A stretch of 64,000 nucleotides of DNA, from sequence record NZ_CP086424.1; one strand, 5' to 3'. This document shows positions 31,706 to 43,038 of the stretch, one piece after another (positions within the stretch are counted from its first letter, which is position 1; every line of letters begins with the position of its first letter). A program made the translations under genes and the position numbers. The DNA is from a plasmid. Under the pieces are notes generated by a model, which saw only the letters and a program-made list of their open reading frames with translations, did not search any database and was not told the origin of the DNA.

Positions 31706-34678
31706 ATGCCACGCCGCTCAATCCTGTCCGCCACCGAGCGCGAAAGCCTGCTGGCACTGCCAGATGCCAAAGACGAACTGATACGGCACTACACGTTCAA
31801 CGAAACCGACCTGTCGGTGATCCGTCAGCGTCGCGGCGCCGCGAATCGATTGGGCTTCGCTGTGCAGCTTTGCTACTTGCGATTCCCTGGCACCTTTTTG
31901 GGCGTCGATGAGCCTCCGTTTCCGCCCCTGTTGCGCATGGTGGCCGCGCAACTCAAGATGCCAGTGGAAAGTTGGAGCGAGTACGGCCAGCGCGAACAGA
32001 CACGGCGGGAGCACTTGGTCGAGCTGCAAACGGTTTTTGGGTTCAAGCCCTTCACCATGAGCCACTATCGGCAAGCCGTGCATACATTGACCGAGCTGGC
32101 CTTGCAGACCGACAAAGGCATCGTGCTGGCGAGCGCACTTGTCGAGAATCTGCGGCGGCAGAGCATTATCCTGCCCGCCATGAATGCCATCGAGCGCGCA
32201 AGCGCCGAGGCCATCACCCGTGCCAACCGACGCATTTACGCGGCGCTGACCGATTCTTTGTTATCACCCCACCGTCAGCGCCTGGACGAACTTCTCAAGC
32301 GCAAGGACGGCAGTAAAGTGACGTGGCTGGCATGGCTGCGCCAGTCGCCTGCCAAACCGAACTCTCGCCACATGCTCGAACATATTGAGCGCCTGAAATC
32401 CTGGCAAGCACTTGATCTGCCCGCAGGCATCGAGCGGCAGGTTCACCAGAACCGCCTGCTCAAAATCGCTCGTGAAGGTGGCCAGATGACGCCTGCTGAT
32501 CTGGCAAAGTTCGAGGTGCAACGACGCTATGCCACGCTGGTAGCGCTGGCCATCGAAGGCATGGCCACCGTCACCGATGAAATCATCGACCTTCACGATC
32601 GCATCATCGGCAAGCTGTTCAACGCGGCCAAGAACAAGCATCAGCAGCAGTTCCAGGCTTCCGGCAAGGCGATCAACGACAAGGTGCGGATGTATGGGCG
32701 CATCGGTCAAGCGTTGATTGAGGCCAAGCAAAGCGGCAGCGATCCGTTCGCCGCCATCGAGGCCGTTATGCCCTGGGACACCTTCGCCGCCAGCGTCACC
32801 GAAGCGCAAACATTGGCGCGGCCTGCCGACTTTGATTTCCTGCACCACATCGGTGAAAGCTATGCCACGCTACGCCGCTACGCGCCGCAGTTCCTGGGCG
32901 TGCTCAAATTGCGGGCTGCGCCCGCCGCCAAGGGTGTGCTCGATGCCATCGACATGCTGCGCGGCATGAACAGCGACAGCGCGCGCAAGGTGCCCGCCGA
33001 TGCGCCAACCGCATTCATCAAGCCGCGCTGGGCAAAGCTGGTTCTGACCGACGACGGCATCGACCGGCGTTACTACGAGTTATGCGCCCTGTCGGAGCTG
33101 AAGAACGCGCTGCGCTCCGGTGATGTCTGGGTGCAGGGTTCTCGCCAGTTCAAGGACTTCGACGAATACCTGGTGCCGGTCGAGAAGTTCGCCACTTTGA
33201 AGCTGGCCAGCGAATTGCCGCTGGCAGTGGCCACCGACTGCGACCAATACCTGCATGACCGGTTGGAATTGTTGGAGGCGCAACTCGCCACAGTCAACCG
33301 CATGGCTGCGGCCAACGACTTACCGGATGCCATCATCACCACCGCGTCAGGCCTGAAGATCACGCCGCTGGACGCGGCAGTACCAGACGCCGCGCAAGCC
33401 ATGATCGACCAGACAGCTATGCTGCTGCCGCACCTCAAAATCACCGAGTTGCTGATGGAGGTCGATGAATGGACGGGCTTCACCCGCCACTTCACACACC
33501 TGAAGACCAGCGACACGGCCAAGGACAAAACCTTGCTGTTGACGACGATCCTGGCCGACGCGATCAACCTGGGTCTGACCAAAATGGCCGAGTCCTGCCC
33601 TGGCACCACCTACGCCAAGCTGTCTTGGCTGCAAGCCTGGCACATCCGCGATGAAACCTATTCGACGGCGCTGGCCGAGCTGGTGAATGCGCAGTTTCGG
33701 CAACCCTTCGCCGGCAACTGGGGTGACGGCACCACGTCATCGTCGGACGGCCAGAACTTCAGAACCGGCAGCAAAGCAGAAAGCACTGGTCATATCAACC
33801 CGAAGTATGGAAGCAGTCCAGGACGGACTTTCTACACCCATATCTCCGACCAGTACGCGCCCTTCAGTGCCAAGGTGGTCAACGTGGGCATTCGTGATTC
33901 AACTTACGTGCTTGATGGCCTGCTGTACCACGAGTCGGACTTGCGCATCGAGGAACACTACACCGACACGGCAGGCTTCACCGATCACGTGTTTGGCTTG
34001 ATGCATTTGCTGGGATTTCGCTTCGCGCCGCGTATCCGTGACTTGGGCGAAACCAAGCTATTCATCCCCAAGGGCGATGCCGCCTATGACGCGCTCAAGC
34101 CGATGATTAGCAGCGACAGGCTGAACATCAAGCAAATACGCGCCCATTGGGATGAAATTCTGCGGCTGGCCACCTCCATCAAGCAAGGCACGGTAACGGC
34201 TTCGCTGATGCTGCGCAAACTCGGCAGCTACCCGCGCCAGAACGGCTTGGCCGTGGCGTTGCGCGAGCTGGGGCGCATCGAGCGCACGCTGTTCATTTTG
34301 GATTGGCTGCAAAGCGTGGAGCTGCGCCGCCGCGTCCATGCGGGGCTGAATAAGGGCGAGGCGCGCAACGCGCTGGCCAGGGCGGTCTTCTTCTACCGAT
34401 TGGGTGAAATCCGCGACCGCAGTTTTGAGCAGCAGCGCTACCGGGCCAGCGGCCTCAATCTGGTGACGGCGGCCATCGTGTTGTGGAACACGGTATATCT
34501 GGAGCGTGCCACCAGTGCTTTGCGTGGCAACGGCACGGCGCTGGACGACACATTGTTGCAATATCTGTCGCCGCTGGGGTGGGAGCACATCAACCTGACC
34601 GGCGATTACCTATGGCGCAGCAGCGCCAAGGTCGGTGCGGGGAAGTTTAGGCCATTGCGACCGCTGCCACCGGCTTAG
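31706..34678 (+). CDS. tnpA: Tn3-family (Tn21 subgroup) transposase TnpA (990 aa)
   Basis: [62 protein letters not shown]... The stop sits within the terminal IR. Confidence 0.95.
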   Translation: MPRRSILSATERESLLALPDAKDELIRHYTFNETDLSVIRQRRGAANRLGFAVQLCYLRFPGTFLGVDEPPFPPLLRMVAAQLKMPVESWSEYGQREQTRREHLVELQTVFGFKPFTMSHYRQAVHTLTELALQTDKGIVLASALVENLRRQSIILPAMNAIERASAEAITRANRRIYAALTDSLLSPHRQRLDELLKRKDGSKVTWLAWLRQSPAKPNSRHMLEHIERLKSWQALDLPAGIERQVHQNRLLKIAREGGQMTPADLAKFEVQRRYATLVALAIEGMATVTDEIIDLHDRIIGKLFNAAKNKHQQQFQASGKAINDKVRMYGRIGQALIEAKQSGSDPFAAIEAVMPWDTFAASVTEAQTLARPADFDFLHHIGESYATLRRYAPQFLGVLKLRAAPAAKGVLDAIDMLRGMNSDSARKVPADAPTAFIKPRWAKLVLTDDGIDRRYYELCALSELKNALRSGDVWVQGSRQFKDFDEYLVPVEKFATLKLASELPLAVATDCDQYLHDRLELLEAQLATVNRMAAANDLPDAIITTASGLKITPLDAAVPDAAQAMIDQTAMLLPHLKITELLMEVDEWTGFTRHFTHLKTSDTAKDKTLLLTTILADAINLGLTKMAESCPGTTYAKLSWLQAWHIRDETYSTALAELVNAQFRQPFAGNWGDGTTSSSDGQNFRTGSKAESTGHINPKYGSSPGRTFYTHISDQYAPFSAKVVNVGIRDSTYVLDGLLYHESDLRIEEHYTDTAGFTDHVFGLMHLLGFRFAPRIRDLGETKLFIPKGDAAYDALKPMISSDRLNIKQIRAHWDEILRLATSIKQGTVTASLMLRKLGSYPRQNGLAVALRELGRIERTLFILDWLQSVELRRRVHAGLNKGEARNALARAVFFYRLGEIRDRSFEQQRYRASGLNLVTAAIVLWNTVYLERATSALRGNGTALDDTLLQYLSPLGWEHINLTGDYLWRSSAKVGAGKFRPLRPLPPA

Positions 34679-34689
34679 CGTGCTTTATT

Positions 34690-36016
34690 TAATGAGATGG
34701 TCACTCCCTCCTTCCCGGTACTATGCTGAGGACAGGCTTTCATTCGGAGAACTATCATGGAAAACATTGCGCTCATTGGTATCGATCTGGGTAAAAACTC
34801 TTTCCATATTCATTGCCAGGATCGTCGCGGGAAGGCTGTTTACCGTAAAAAATTTACCCGGCCAAAGTTGATCGAATTTTTGGCGACATGCCCCGCTACA
34901 ACCATCGCAATGGAAGCCTGTGGCGGTTCTCACTTTATGGCACGCAAGTTGGAAGAGTTGGGGCATTCCCCAAAGCTGATATCACCACAATTTGTCCGCC
35001 CGTTCGTTAAAAGCAATAAAAACGACTTTGTCGACGCCGAAGCTATTTGTGAAGCTGCATCGCGTCCGTCTATGCGTTTTGTGCAGCCCAGAACGGAATC
35101 TCAGCAGGCAATGCGGGCTCTGCATCGTGTCCGTGAATCCCTGGTTCAGGATAAGGTAAAAACAACCAATCAAATGCATGCTTTTCTGCTGGAATTTGGC
35201 ATTAGCGTTCCCCGAGGAGCTGCCGTTATTAGCCGACTGAGTACCATTCTTGAGGATAATAGTTTGCCTCTTTACCTCAGCCAGTTATTGCTGAAATTAC
35301 AACAGCATTATCACTATCTTGTTGAGCAGATTAAAGATTTGGAATCCCAGTTGAAACGAAAGTTGGACGAAGATGAGGTTGGACAGCGCTTGCTGAGCAT
35401 TCCCTGCGTCGGAACACTGACAGCGAGTACTATTTCAACTGAGATTGGCGACGGGAAGCAGTACGCCAGCAGCCGTGACTTTGCGGCGGCAACAGGGCTT
35501 GTACCTCGGCAGTACAGCACGGGAGGTAGGACGACATTGCTGGGAATTAGTAAGCGAGGTAATAAAAAGATCCGAACTTTGTTGGTTCAATGTGCCAGGG
35601 TATTCATACAAAAACTGGAACACCAGTCTGGCAAATTGGCCGATTGGGTCAGGGATTTACTGTGCCGGAAAAGCAACTTTGTCGTCACTTGTGCTCTGGA
35701 AAACAAGCTGGCCAGAATAGCCTGGGCCCTAACGGCACGACAGCAAACTTATGTAGCATAACGGCAGAAATACACCGGTTTAAAGAATTACTGATCTGGT
35801 TTTGCGAATACTGATATTGATGATACTAACGGCCCACCGGCCTGTTGAGGAACCTGTAAAACGGAAAGGCTCATTGAAGCCGTATATTTTCTGGAGGTTC
35901 ATCAGGCGCGGAACTCATCAAGGCGCGGGAATAAAATCCCATTCAGACGCCGGATAGATTCAAGCAAGCCAACTTGTCGTCAAAATCGGTGTTGCAAAAA
36001 CGGGAGTGACCATAGA
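34690..36016 (+). mobile_element. IS4321/IS5075-like IS, second copy (inverted relative to the first), inserted at bp 22/23 of the tnp-end IR
   Basis: A 1327-bp exact inverted copy of 3373..4699. Confidence 0.85.
34757..35761 (+). CDS. IS110-family transposase (334 aa)
   Basis: Identical to 3628..4632. Confidence 0.9.
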   Translation: MENIALIGIDLGKNSFHIHCQDRRGKAVYRKKFTRPKLIEFLATCPATTIAMEACGGSHFMARKLEELGHSPKLISPQFVRPFVKSNKNDFVDAEAICEAASRPSMRFVQPRTESQQAMRALHRVRESLVQDKVKTTNQMHAFLLEFGISVPRGAAVISRLSTILEDNSLPLYLSQLLLKLQQHYHYLVEQIKDLESQLKRKLDEDEVGQRLLSIPCVGTLTASTISTEIGDGKQYASSRDFAAATGLVPRQYSTGGRTTLLGISKRGNKKIRTLLVQCARVFIQKLEHQSGKLADWVRDLLCRKSNFVVTCALENKLARIAWALTARQQTYVA

Positions 36017-36043
36017 TTCCGTTTTCTGAGACGACCCCTTGTA

Positions 36044-36157
36044 GGATTGGCTGTATCTGGGGACACTATAACCGTCAAAGAAGCCGGTTTGGTGTTGGTC
36101 ATTGGGGTTATCCTGTGGATCTATGGTATAATCTTAACCAAGGTCAGCAATTCCTAA
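36044..36157 (+). pseudogene. 3' fragment of the small membrane-protein gene interrupted by the transposon
   Basis: It is in frame with 3225..3350 once the transposon and one TTGTA copy are removed: ...AIGVGIV|GLAVSGDTITVKEAGLVLVIGVILWIYGIILTKVSNS*. Confidence 0.55.
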
Positions 36158-36166
36158 GGGGGTCAA

Positions 36167-36283
36167 ATGGACGCTTTCACATTAGGCATGTTGGGGTTGC
36201 TCATTTTTTTCACTGTCGTCACTGGCGGCAGTCTGTATCTCTACCATGAGAAACAGAAGGAAAAAAAGCATCACAACGCCTAA
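36167..36283 (+). CDS. possible 38-aa single-TM peptide
   Basis: AAGGGGG RBS. MDAFTLGMLGLLIFFTVVTGGSLYLYHEKQKEKKHHNA. Below the ORF-track size cutoff. Confidence 0.3.
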   Translation: MDAFTLGMLGLLIFFTVVTGGSLYLYHEKQKEKKHHNA

Positions 36284-36307
36284 AGAGTAACTGCGACAAT
36301 GAACGTA

Positions 36308-36336
36308 AAGGCCAGCAATAGCTGGCCTTTTTTTAT
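36308..36336 (+). terminator. rho-independent terminator
   Basis: AAGGCCAGC-AATA-GCTGGCC stem-loop followed by T7. Confidence 0.6.
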
Positions 36337-36352
36337 ACTTGCAGTTTGAGGT

Positions 36353-36388
36353 GTTACATGTCACGATAAGGTAAGTGTGACATGTAAC
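36353..36388 (+). promoter_or_regulatory. inverted repeat GTTACATGTCAC-N12-GTGACATGTAAC overlapping the start of the RHH gene (candidate operator)
   Basis: A perfect 12-bp arm IR. Confidence 0.45.
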
Positions 36389-36778
36389 GGAAAAGGTGAT
36401 TTTTTGAAAGTATCCAATGAAGATGCTCAGGCTACGGCGATCTATCTCCTCAGAGCTGCTTCGCGCCCAGCTTTCTGGCGTGACGTCCCATTCGATAAGA
36501 AACTTGAAGCCGTGGACAGCCTGAACAGCATAGGGCGATCACCATCAGAACTCACTGAATGGATTAATAAATACCTGACAGCAGAGCAAATCAATAAACT
36601 CGGGACATCAATTAGGCAACGTCGCAGAAGGGGATATGGTGTTGGTAAAAGCATAACTATAAGCGATAAAGCCCACAGGATTTTGAAGCGGTTGTCAGAA
36701 GTCGATGGTTGCAGTTTGTCAGAAGTGATCGAGAAACGCCTAGCCCGAGCTTATAAAAATACATGGGACCATAAATAG
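36377..36778 (+). CDS. ribbon-helix-helix (CopG/Arc-like) DNA-binding protein with N-terminal extension
   Basis: The C-terminal GKSITISDKAHRILKRLSEVDGCSLSEVIEKRLARAY has RHH-like beta-strand plus helix. The start codon is uncertain (GTG). Confidence 0.45.
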   Translation: MTCNGKGDFLKVSNEDAQATAIYLLRAASRPAFWRDVPFDKKLEAVDSLNSIGRSPSELTEWINKYLTAEQINKLGTSIRQRRRRGYGVGKSITISDKAHRILKRLSEVDGCSLSEVIEKRLARAYKNTWDHK

Positions 36779-36891
36779 AGTGACACTAGGGGTTGCATTT
36801 TTAAAACCCGTGATAGCATCTAAATGAACCCAAACGAATAGGGGGGCTGGCGGCGATGCCGACCATTATCCCGACAATGGAGAAATAGACC

Positions 36892-37617
36892 ATGATGACA
36901 TTGACTACCGTCTCGAAGAAAACTTCAAATAATTCAGCCCTTGTATTCTGGCGCGTTGGTACAAAACGGAAAGGCATCCTTGATGTCCATATTGATTTTG
37001 ACCACGAAGAAGCGGATCTTTTGGCTGAGCTCGTAGCCATTCGCTATCTGGCGCTGGACAAACAGGTTTTTTGCAGAGAGCCAGGTGCTGGTGCTGGTTA
37101 CAAGCTGGTGGTATCCAAAGGTGCAATCAAGAAGCTGGCGCTGGGCAAATCCACCAAGGCTTTTGCTTTCAAGTTTGCGGCTTGCCTCACTGGGCGTTTA
37201 AAGGGCGCTACTATTGAAGTCTCGCAGAGCATGGAGTTTATGGATGAGCCGGGAGAGGGCAACATTGAGCTCCTCGATGTGGACAAGCAAGCCTATACCC
37301 AGACCCATGACGAAATATCTACACCTGCCATTGGCCCCGTCCTGGTTACTCAACATGCCATCGATCAGTATCAGGCCCGGATAACCTCTGGAGACCCTAA
37401 AAAACCGTGGGCCTCACTTGTTGGCCGCCTCCAGCATCCAGAGTTACAGGTTCAGCCCTTTGACGAGAAAGTGGCTCGCCATAAAGCCAGAAAGTATGGC
37501 CGCGTAGATAACGTGGAAGTCTGGGGCCATAGAGATTCCAAGTTCAAGTACCTGATGGTGATCAACGACGACAACCAAAAACGTGTTCTTGTCACAGTGT
37601 TTGAGCGAAATGAGTAA
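36892..37617 (+). CDS. hypothetical protein (241 aa)
   Basis: GGAG RBS then ATG. No recognisable domain. Confidence 0.5.
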   Translation: MMTLTTVSKKTSNNSALVFWRVGTKRKGILDVHIDFDHEEADLLAELVAIRYLALDKQVFCREPGAGAGYKLVVSKGAIKKLALGKSTKAFAFKFAACLTGRLKGATIEVSQSMEFMDEPGEGNIELLDVDKQAYTQTHDEISTPAIGPVLVTQHAIDQYQARITSGDPKKPWASLVGRLQHPELQVQPFDEKVARHKARKYGRVDNVEVWGHRDSKFKYLMVINDDNQKRVLVTVFERNE

Positions 37618-37749
37618 CCTGCTTCTCATTTGTTCTGAATACACAACCTCTCCAAATCACGTATTCATACCCTAAAAGGGCAATAACGCAGTCGTTGATA
37701 ACGACTCTCCCACCTGAAAATAGCTCCAGCATAAAAACTGGAGCTGTAA

Positions 37750-40700
37750 ATGAGATCGAGACCTTCCCTTTTACTGATGCGAAACCTGCGGTCATTGGCC
37801 GTTGTGGTGCTCGCAACTTTGCCATGCGTTGCTTTTGCACAATGGCGGGTTGTAGCCGTGAGCACCGAAGTAGACAAAATGCGCTTCAACACCATCATAG
37901 ACGCGCATTCCTTCATGAAGAATTATCGCTCTGGTGAGGAGCAAGGGAAGGGAACGCCAGTTGGGGATGCGCTTTATCCGGTTGCCAGTTATGGTGATGG
38001 CCGTTATGTCTCCAGGATCTGTTTTAAGTATCTAGGTGCTACTGGCGATTATGACCCCACTACCTGCACTGGCGACCCAGCTACGGTCTACTGGCGCTCA
38101 ACCTATGTTCTGCCGGGTGAGATGGATAAAACACCGTTCCTGGACAGGGATCTCGGCTTACCAACAACGACCATGTGTGTAGGGAACCCTATCCATCTTG
38201 GCACCGGCAACAAGTTCCAGGCTGAACTGGATTATCAAAGCGGAGGCTCCGACCCTTTCACATTCACCAGATACTACAATAGCCACCTTCCTGATGAAGA
38301 GCTCGGCGGCTGGCGGCATACCTACTCGCGGAGCGTCGAGGTCAACGCCTCGAAGTACGGTGAGAACATGGTTGTCCTGCACCGGCCAGAAGGGCAACAA
38401 CTCGCGTTCTACAACTCGTCCTCTGTCTGGGTGCCAACATGGAAAACCGATGATACCTTGACGAAGGATGCTACCGGCTGGCGCTACACTCAATCTGACG
38501 GGGTAGTCGAGGCCTATGATGAAACCGGACGACTGACCGGCATCGAGAAGCCCAACGGCAATCACATCACCCTGAGCTATCTGAACGGAGAGCTATCCTC
38601 GATCACTGACGGCTTTGGCCGCACCATCCAGTTCCAGTATCAAGATGGCCGCATGGTCAGTGTCACCGATCCTGCTGGTGGCAGTATTCAGTACCAGTAC
38701 AACAGCGCTGGCAAGCTGGCGGAAGTGATCTACCAGGACAATACGAGCCGCAGCTATCTCTACGATGACCCGAATGCACCGGGTTTGCTCTCTGGGCTGG
38801 TGGACGAGAACGGCAACCGTTTCGCCACATGGGGATATGATACTCAGGGGAGAGCGGTTCTAAGCGAACACGCCGGGGGCGCAGAGAAAACTCAGGTAAG
38901 CTACAACGCTGACGGAAGCGTCTCTGTCACCAATGCCCTCGGCCACGTTCAGCGATACACCTACAGTCGCCACAATGGGATGCTCAAGCCTGATGTGGTT
39001 GAGGGTGCGCCGTGTACCGGCTTTGTGGGCGGCAAGGAAACCTACGTCTACGACAGCAAAGGCCTCGTCTCCAGCATTACTGACCGCGCTGGGCAGAAGC
39101 GCACGTTCACCCATAACGACCGGGGATTGGAAACCACCCAGATAGACCAGGACGGGGGTAAGGTTACGACCGACTGGCTTCCTTCCAAGTCGCTCCCGGC
39201 AAAAATCACAGAACCAACCAGGATCACTGAGCTCACCTACGACACTCATCTCCGGGTGATAAGCCGCAAGGTCACTGATCGCAGCTCGGGCGCTTCCCGG
39301 ACATGGACCTACACCTATGCCCCTGTTGGTACAGGAAAGCCGAGCCTGTTGGCCTCGGTTGATGGTCCGCGCACCGACGTCAGCGATGTTACGACATTTG
39401 ACTACGATGACCAGGGCAACCTGATCCGGACAACGAACGCGCTGGGGCAGGTGACGCAGTTTGGTGACTACGACGCGAACGGTCGCGCCGGGACCATTCA
39501 GGGTGTCAATGGTGTAACCCAAACCCTCACCTATGACGCCAGAGGAAGACTTGTCAGCTCCACTGGGCCAGAAGGAACCACGGTCTACAACTATGATGCT
39601 GTGGGCCTCCTGAGTTCGCTGACCAAGCCAAATGGTGCAACCGTCAGCTATGAGTACGACGCTGCACATCGGCTGGTGGCGGAAACAGATGCACAGGGCA
39701 ACCGGCGCGAGCTTGAGCTCAATGACCTCGGGAACCCAGTAGAAGAGCGACTGCTCGATGCGCTGGGCCAGACCCGTTGGATAGAGCGCCGGATCTTCAA
39801 CGAAATCGGCTGGCTCTCCAGTGTCTCCGACGCCTATAGCAATCAGTCATCGTTTTCCTACGATGTGGTGGCAAACCTGATACAGGAGACCAGTCCCTCT
39901 GGTAACACACACTCCTACAAGTACGACGGCTTCCATCACCGGACACAAACGACCGATCCCCTCGGGAAGGTCACGCAGGTGCTCTACAAGGATACCGGCG
40001 ATGTTTACCGTGTCTCCGACCCTCGTTCGCGCCTGACCTACTACAGCTACAACGGCTTTGGCGAAGTGACCCAGGTCCGGAGCCCGGACACCGGCACCAC
40101 CGACATTACCTATGACGAAGCCGGTAACGTGGCAACGCGCAAAACGGCCAAGGGGCAAACCACAAGCTACAGCTATGACGCGCTGAACCGGATCATCGAA
40201 ACCTCCAGCGATGTCGCTGGCGAATCGCCAATTCTGTACGGGTACGACGAAGCAACCTCACCATACGGCATAGGCCGCTTGACCTCAGTCGATGATGGCA
40301 ACGGTGTCCGGAGATTTGGCTACACCCCCGAAGGATGGCTGGCTTACGAAACCTGGGAAACCCACGGGCAGAGCCTGACTACCCAGTACCAATACGATGG
40401 TGCAGGCCTCGTCACGAAGATCACGTATCCCAGTGGCCGTGAGGTCTCCTACACCCGTGACTCAGCCGGTGACGTCATCGAGGTGACAACGACACAAGCA
40501 GGCACCACAACAAACCTGGCAAGCCAGATTGAGCGAGCGCCCTTTGGCCCCGTCACCAGTATGGTCAGAGGGAACGGCATTTCAGAAAGCCGCACTCTGG
40601 ATCTCGATTACCGTGTCACCGGCATCGACGCTGCTAGGGTGCATTCGCTGGTCTATCGGTACACGCCAGACTCGTTGATTTCAGCCATAGACGACAATCT

Positions 40701-42003
40701 CAGCTCATCAGTCAATCAGTCACTCGGTTATGACGCGGTTGGCCGCATCACCTCTGCTGAGGGGATCTATGGCGTTTTGGGCTATGGCTATGACGCCACC
40801 GGCAACAGGACCTCGATCACGACCGATGGCCTGAGCCAAAGCTACACCATCAACTACATGAACAACTGGTTGGTGAAGGCCGGGCAAACCTCCAGAAGCT
40901 ATGACGCCAATGGCAACCTGACGAAGCAGGGGGCGGATACCTTCACCTATGACAGCCAGAACCGGCTGGTGGCCGCAACGGTCGCGGGAGTGACTGTAAG
41001 CTACACATACAACCATCTGGATCAGCGTGTAACCAAGACCCTAAACGGGCATACCCGGCTGCTGGTTTACGACCTGGCAGGAAACCTCATCGAGGAGCTG
41101 GACGCGGCCACTGGAGACGTGCTGGCGGAGTACATCTGGCTCGATGGGACACCCTTGGGCTTTGTTCAGTCAGGACAGACCTACCAAGTCCACGTCGATC
41201 ACCTGGGCACCCCGAAGGCACTGACCGACGTCAGCGGCCAAGTCGTTTGGAAGGCGAGCTACAGCCCGTTCGGTAAGGCCAGCATCATCATCCAGGGGCC
41301 AACCTTCAACCTGCGATTCCCAGGACAGTATTACGACGCGGAGACCGGGTTCCACTACAACTGGCGGCGTTACTACGACCCAGCGACCGGGCGGTACATT
41401 ACCAGCGACCCTCTTGGCCTGATCGATGGAGTAAACACCTACGGGTATGTGCATGGAAACCCTATGTCCAATACCGACCCGACGGGTGAATTTGCGTTTG
41501 TTGGTGCAGGTATTGGAGCTGGGTTGGAGCTACTTAGCCAACTAATCGAAAATAATGGGAGTTGGAAATGTGTTAGTTGGTCAAAAGTTGGAATCGCCGG
41601 AGCGATTGGGGCTATAGGTGGCGGCTGGGCGTCAGGAGTTTTCAGACATGCCAGCTCCGGTAAATCGTGGTTCAAATTAAGCCAAAAATGGAGCAATGTC
41701 TCACCCAGAGTAAGGAAAGTTCAAGGGGTTCCACGAGGTAATGAGCTTCACCATTGGGCTATTCAGAGAAATGGCAAGTTTGGCAAATATGTTCCTGACT
41801 CAATAAAAAACCATCCTTGGAACTTGAAGTCCATTCCAAGAGATATTCACCAAAACATTCACGGCAATGGACCTACCCCATATAGCGCATTTGGTCGTTG
41901 GTGGCACGGGACGCCTGAATGGGCAAAAGTAGCTCAAGCCTCTCCTGTTAGTGGTGGTTTAGCTGATTCAATAAATGATGAGGGATGCGGTTGTGCAAAT
42001 TGA
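37750..42003 (+). CDS. rhs: Rhs/YD-repeat polymorphic toxin (1417 aa) with C-terminal HNH/EndoVII-like (LHH-type) nuclease-like toxin domain
   Basis: Signal peptide, numerous YD repeats, and the conserved RHS core end ...YYDPATGRYITSDPLGLIDGVNTYGYVHGNPMSNTDPTGE. A roughly 170-aa variable tail follows, containing NELHHWAIQRNGKFG...HPWN...DIHQNIHG. Confidence 0.9.
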   Translation: MRSRPSLLLMRNLRSLAVVVLATLPCVAFAQWRVVAVSTEVDKMRFNTIIDAHSFMKNYRSGEEQGKGTPVGDALYPVASYGDGRYVSRICFKYLGATGDYDPTTCTGDPATVYWRSTYVLPGEMDKTPFLDRDLGLPTTTMCVGNPIHLGTGNKFQAELDYQSGGSDPFTFTRYYNSHLPDEELGGWRHTYSRSVEVNASKYGENMVVLHRPEGQQLAFYNSSSVWVPTWKTDDTLTKDATGWRYTQSDGVVEAYDETGRLTGIEKPNGNHITLSYLNGELSSITDGFGRTIQFQYQDGRMVSVTDPAGGSIQYQYNSAGKLAEVIYQDNTSRSYLYDDPNAPGLLSGLVDENGNRFATWGYDTQGRAVLSEHAGGAEKTQVSYNADGSVSVTNALGHVQRYTYSRHNGMLKPDVVEGAPCTGFVGGKETYVYDSKGLVSSITDRAGQKRTFTHNDRGLETTQIDQDGGKVTTDWLPSKSLPAKITEPTRITELTYDTHLRVISRKVTDRSSGASRTWTYTYAPVGTGKPSLLASVDGPRTDVSDVTTFDYDDQGNLIRTTNALGQVTQFGDYDANGRAGTIQGVNGVTQTLTYDARGRLVSSTGPEGTTVYNYDAVGLLSSLTKPNGATVSYEYDAAHRLVAETDAQGNRRELELNDLGNPVEERLLDALGQTRWIERRIFNEIGWLSSVSDAYSNQSSFSYDVVANLIQETSPSGNTHSYKYDGFHHRTQTTDPLGKVTQVLYKDTGDVYRVSDPRSRLTYYSYNGFGEVTQVRSPDTGTTDITYDEAGNVATRKTAKGQTTSYSYDALNRIIETSSDVAGESPILYGYDEATSPYGIGRLTSVDDGNGVRRFGYTPEGWLAYETWETHGQSLTTQYQYDGAGLVTKITYPSGREVSYTRDSAGDVIEVTTTQAGTTTNLASQIERAPFGPVTSMVRGNGISESRTLDLDYRVTGIDAARVHSLVYRYTPDSLISAIDDNLSSSVNQSLGYDAVGRITSAEGIYGVLGYGYDATGNRTSITTDGLSQSYTINYMNNWLVKAGQTSRSYDANGNLTKQGADTFTYDSQNRLVAATVAGVTVSYTYNHLDQRVTKTLNGHTRLLVYDLAGNLIEELDAATGDVLAEYIWLDGTPLGFVQSGQTYQVHVDHLGTPKALTDVSGQVVWKASYSPFGKASIIIQGPTFNLRFPGQYYDAETGFHYNWRRYYDPATGRYITSDPLGLIDGVNTYGYVHGNPMSNTDPTGEFAFVGAGIGAGLELLSQLIENNGSWKCVSWSKVGIAGAIGAIGGGWASGVFRHASSGKSWFKLSQKWSNVSPRVRKVQGVPRGNELHHWAIQRNGKFGKYVPDSIKNHPWNLKSIPRDIHQNIHGNGPTPYSAFGRWWHGTPEWAKVAQASPVSGGLADSINDEGCGCAN

Positions 42004-42415
42004 ATTTCCAGCGCTGCTTGTGAGCAGCAAGAAAAGGTCGCTCTTCGTAGTGGCATCAGAATCCGAGTTCGGGAAATGTACTATTCAGTCTTTGAGGAAC
42101 GGTTATTTTGAGCTGATGGACATTTATGATTCGGAAGGTCGTCACTACAAAATAGACGAGGTTGCGAGCTACAAGCCGCTAAGTCCATTCTGGTACTGGC
42201 CTGTAGAAATTGTGATGTATGGTTCTCGACTGTTTAAGGCTAATTTCAATGCTGTTCTTATCTCTAATCTGGATTGCAAGGAGTTAAAATCTGAACTTTG
42301 TGATTTGGCTAAAAAGTACAGAAGTAATTTGGATTCCGGCGTCGGAATTGAAAAGATTATGGAGGAAATGGAGTCTGCCAGAACAATTAAAGAATTGATA
42401 AAGGTTTTTGGCTAG
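41975..42415 (+). CDS. putative cognate immunity protein of the Rhs toxin (146 aa)
   Basis: Small ORF overlapping the rhs stop. The position is typical for immunity genes. No domain recognised. Confidence 0.4.
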   Translation: MMRDAVVQIEFPALLVSSKKRSLFVVASESEFGKCTIQSLRNGYFELMDIYDSEGRHYKIDEVASYKPLSPFWYWPVEIVMYGSRLFKANFNAVLISNLDCKELKSELCDLAKKYRSNLDSGVGIEKIMEEMESARTIKELIKVFG

Positions 42416-42448
42416 TTATTCATTGAATACGCTGGTGTTAGTCTAGCT

Positions 42449-42484
42449 AACCGACGCCAGCGGCCAAGTGTTTGGAAGGCGAGC
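42449..42484 (+). repeat. orphan 36-bp fragment of rhs core sequence
   Basis: ACCGACGCCAGCGGCCAAGTGTTTGGAAGGCGAGC matches rhs 41224-41259 (GACGTCAGCGGCCAAGTCGTTTGGAAGGCGAGC) with 1 mismatch and 1 indel. Confidence 0.6.
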
Positions 42485-42585
42485 CATCATAGAGTCAGTA
42501 GAGAGAGATACTTTTGGAAATCAATAGTATTATGATTGGTACAAATGAGTTGTAGCTCCATATTTTAAAGGGGGATTTCAGAGAA

Positions 42586-43038
42586 ATGAAGAATAAGAAG
42601 GTAATAACTTTGATAATGGCCGCAGCCGCATCATGCTCGTCAGTCTACGCCGCGACATTACCGACCAGTGAGGTAGACGCATACATACTTGCGATGAACA
42701 CCATGTCACCTATCACTGCAAAGTACACCATCCAGTACAAGCAAGCGGTTGAGCAGAAATGCAATACAGCCCTGAGCGTTGAGCAGCTCAACTCAAAGGC
42801 ATTCACCAATGTTGTCCAGGCAATGGTGAGTAGTGAGACCGTCGATAGAATGGGGCTTGATGCTGCTGGTGGATCACTCCAGGATACCCTGTCTGTGATC
42901 GGCAAGAACGTCACATGCAGTGACCTGAACGCGCCATTTAAAGCACTCTTGGATGATAAGGACTTCACCAGAAAGCATCAGCACCTATCGAAGGTGCTGC
43001 ATACTTGGAATGAAGTTGTTTCTCAAAGCAAACCCTGA
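42586..43038 (+). CDS. secreted hypothetical protein (150 aa, signal peptide)
   Basis: AAAGGGGGA RBS. MKNKKVITLIMAAAASCSSVYA signal peptide. Confidence 0.55.
   Translation: MKNKKVITLIMAAAASCSSVYAATLPTSEVDAYILAMNTMSPITAKYTIQYKQAVEQKCNTALSVEQLNSKAFTNVVQAMVSSETVDRMGLDAAGGSLQDTLSVIGKNVTCSDLNAPFKALLDDKDFTRKHQHLSKVLHTWNEVVSQSKP

Noticed and set aside
38860-39669. 269-aa minus-strand ORF within rhs
   Set aside because: Antisense to the YD-repeat coding frame. There is no independent support.
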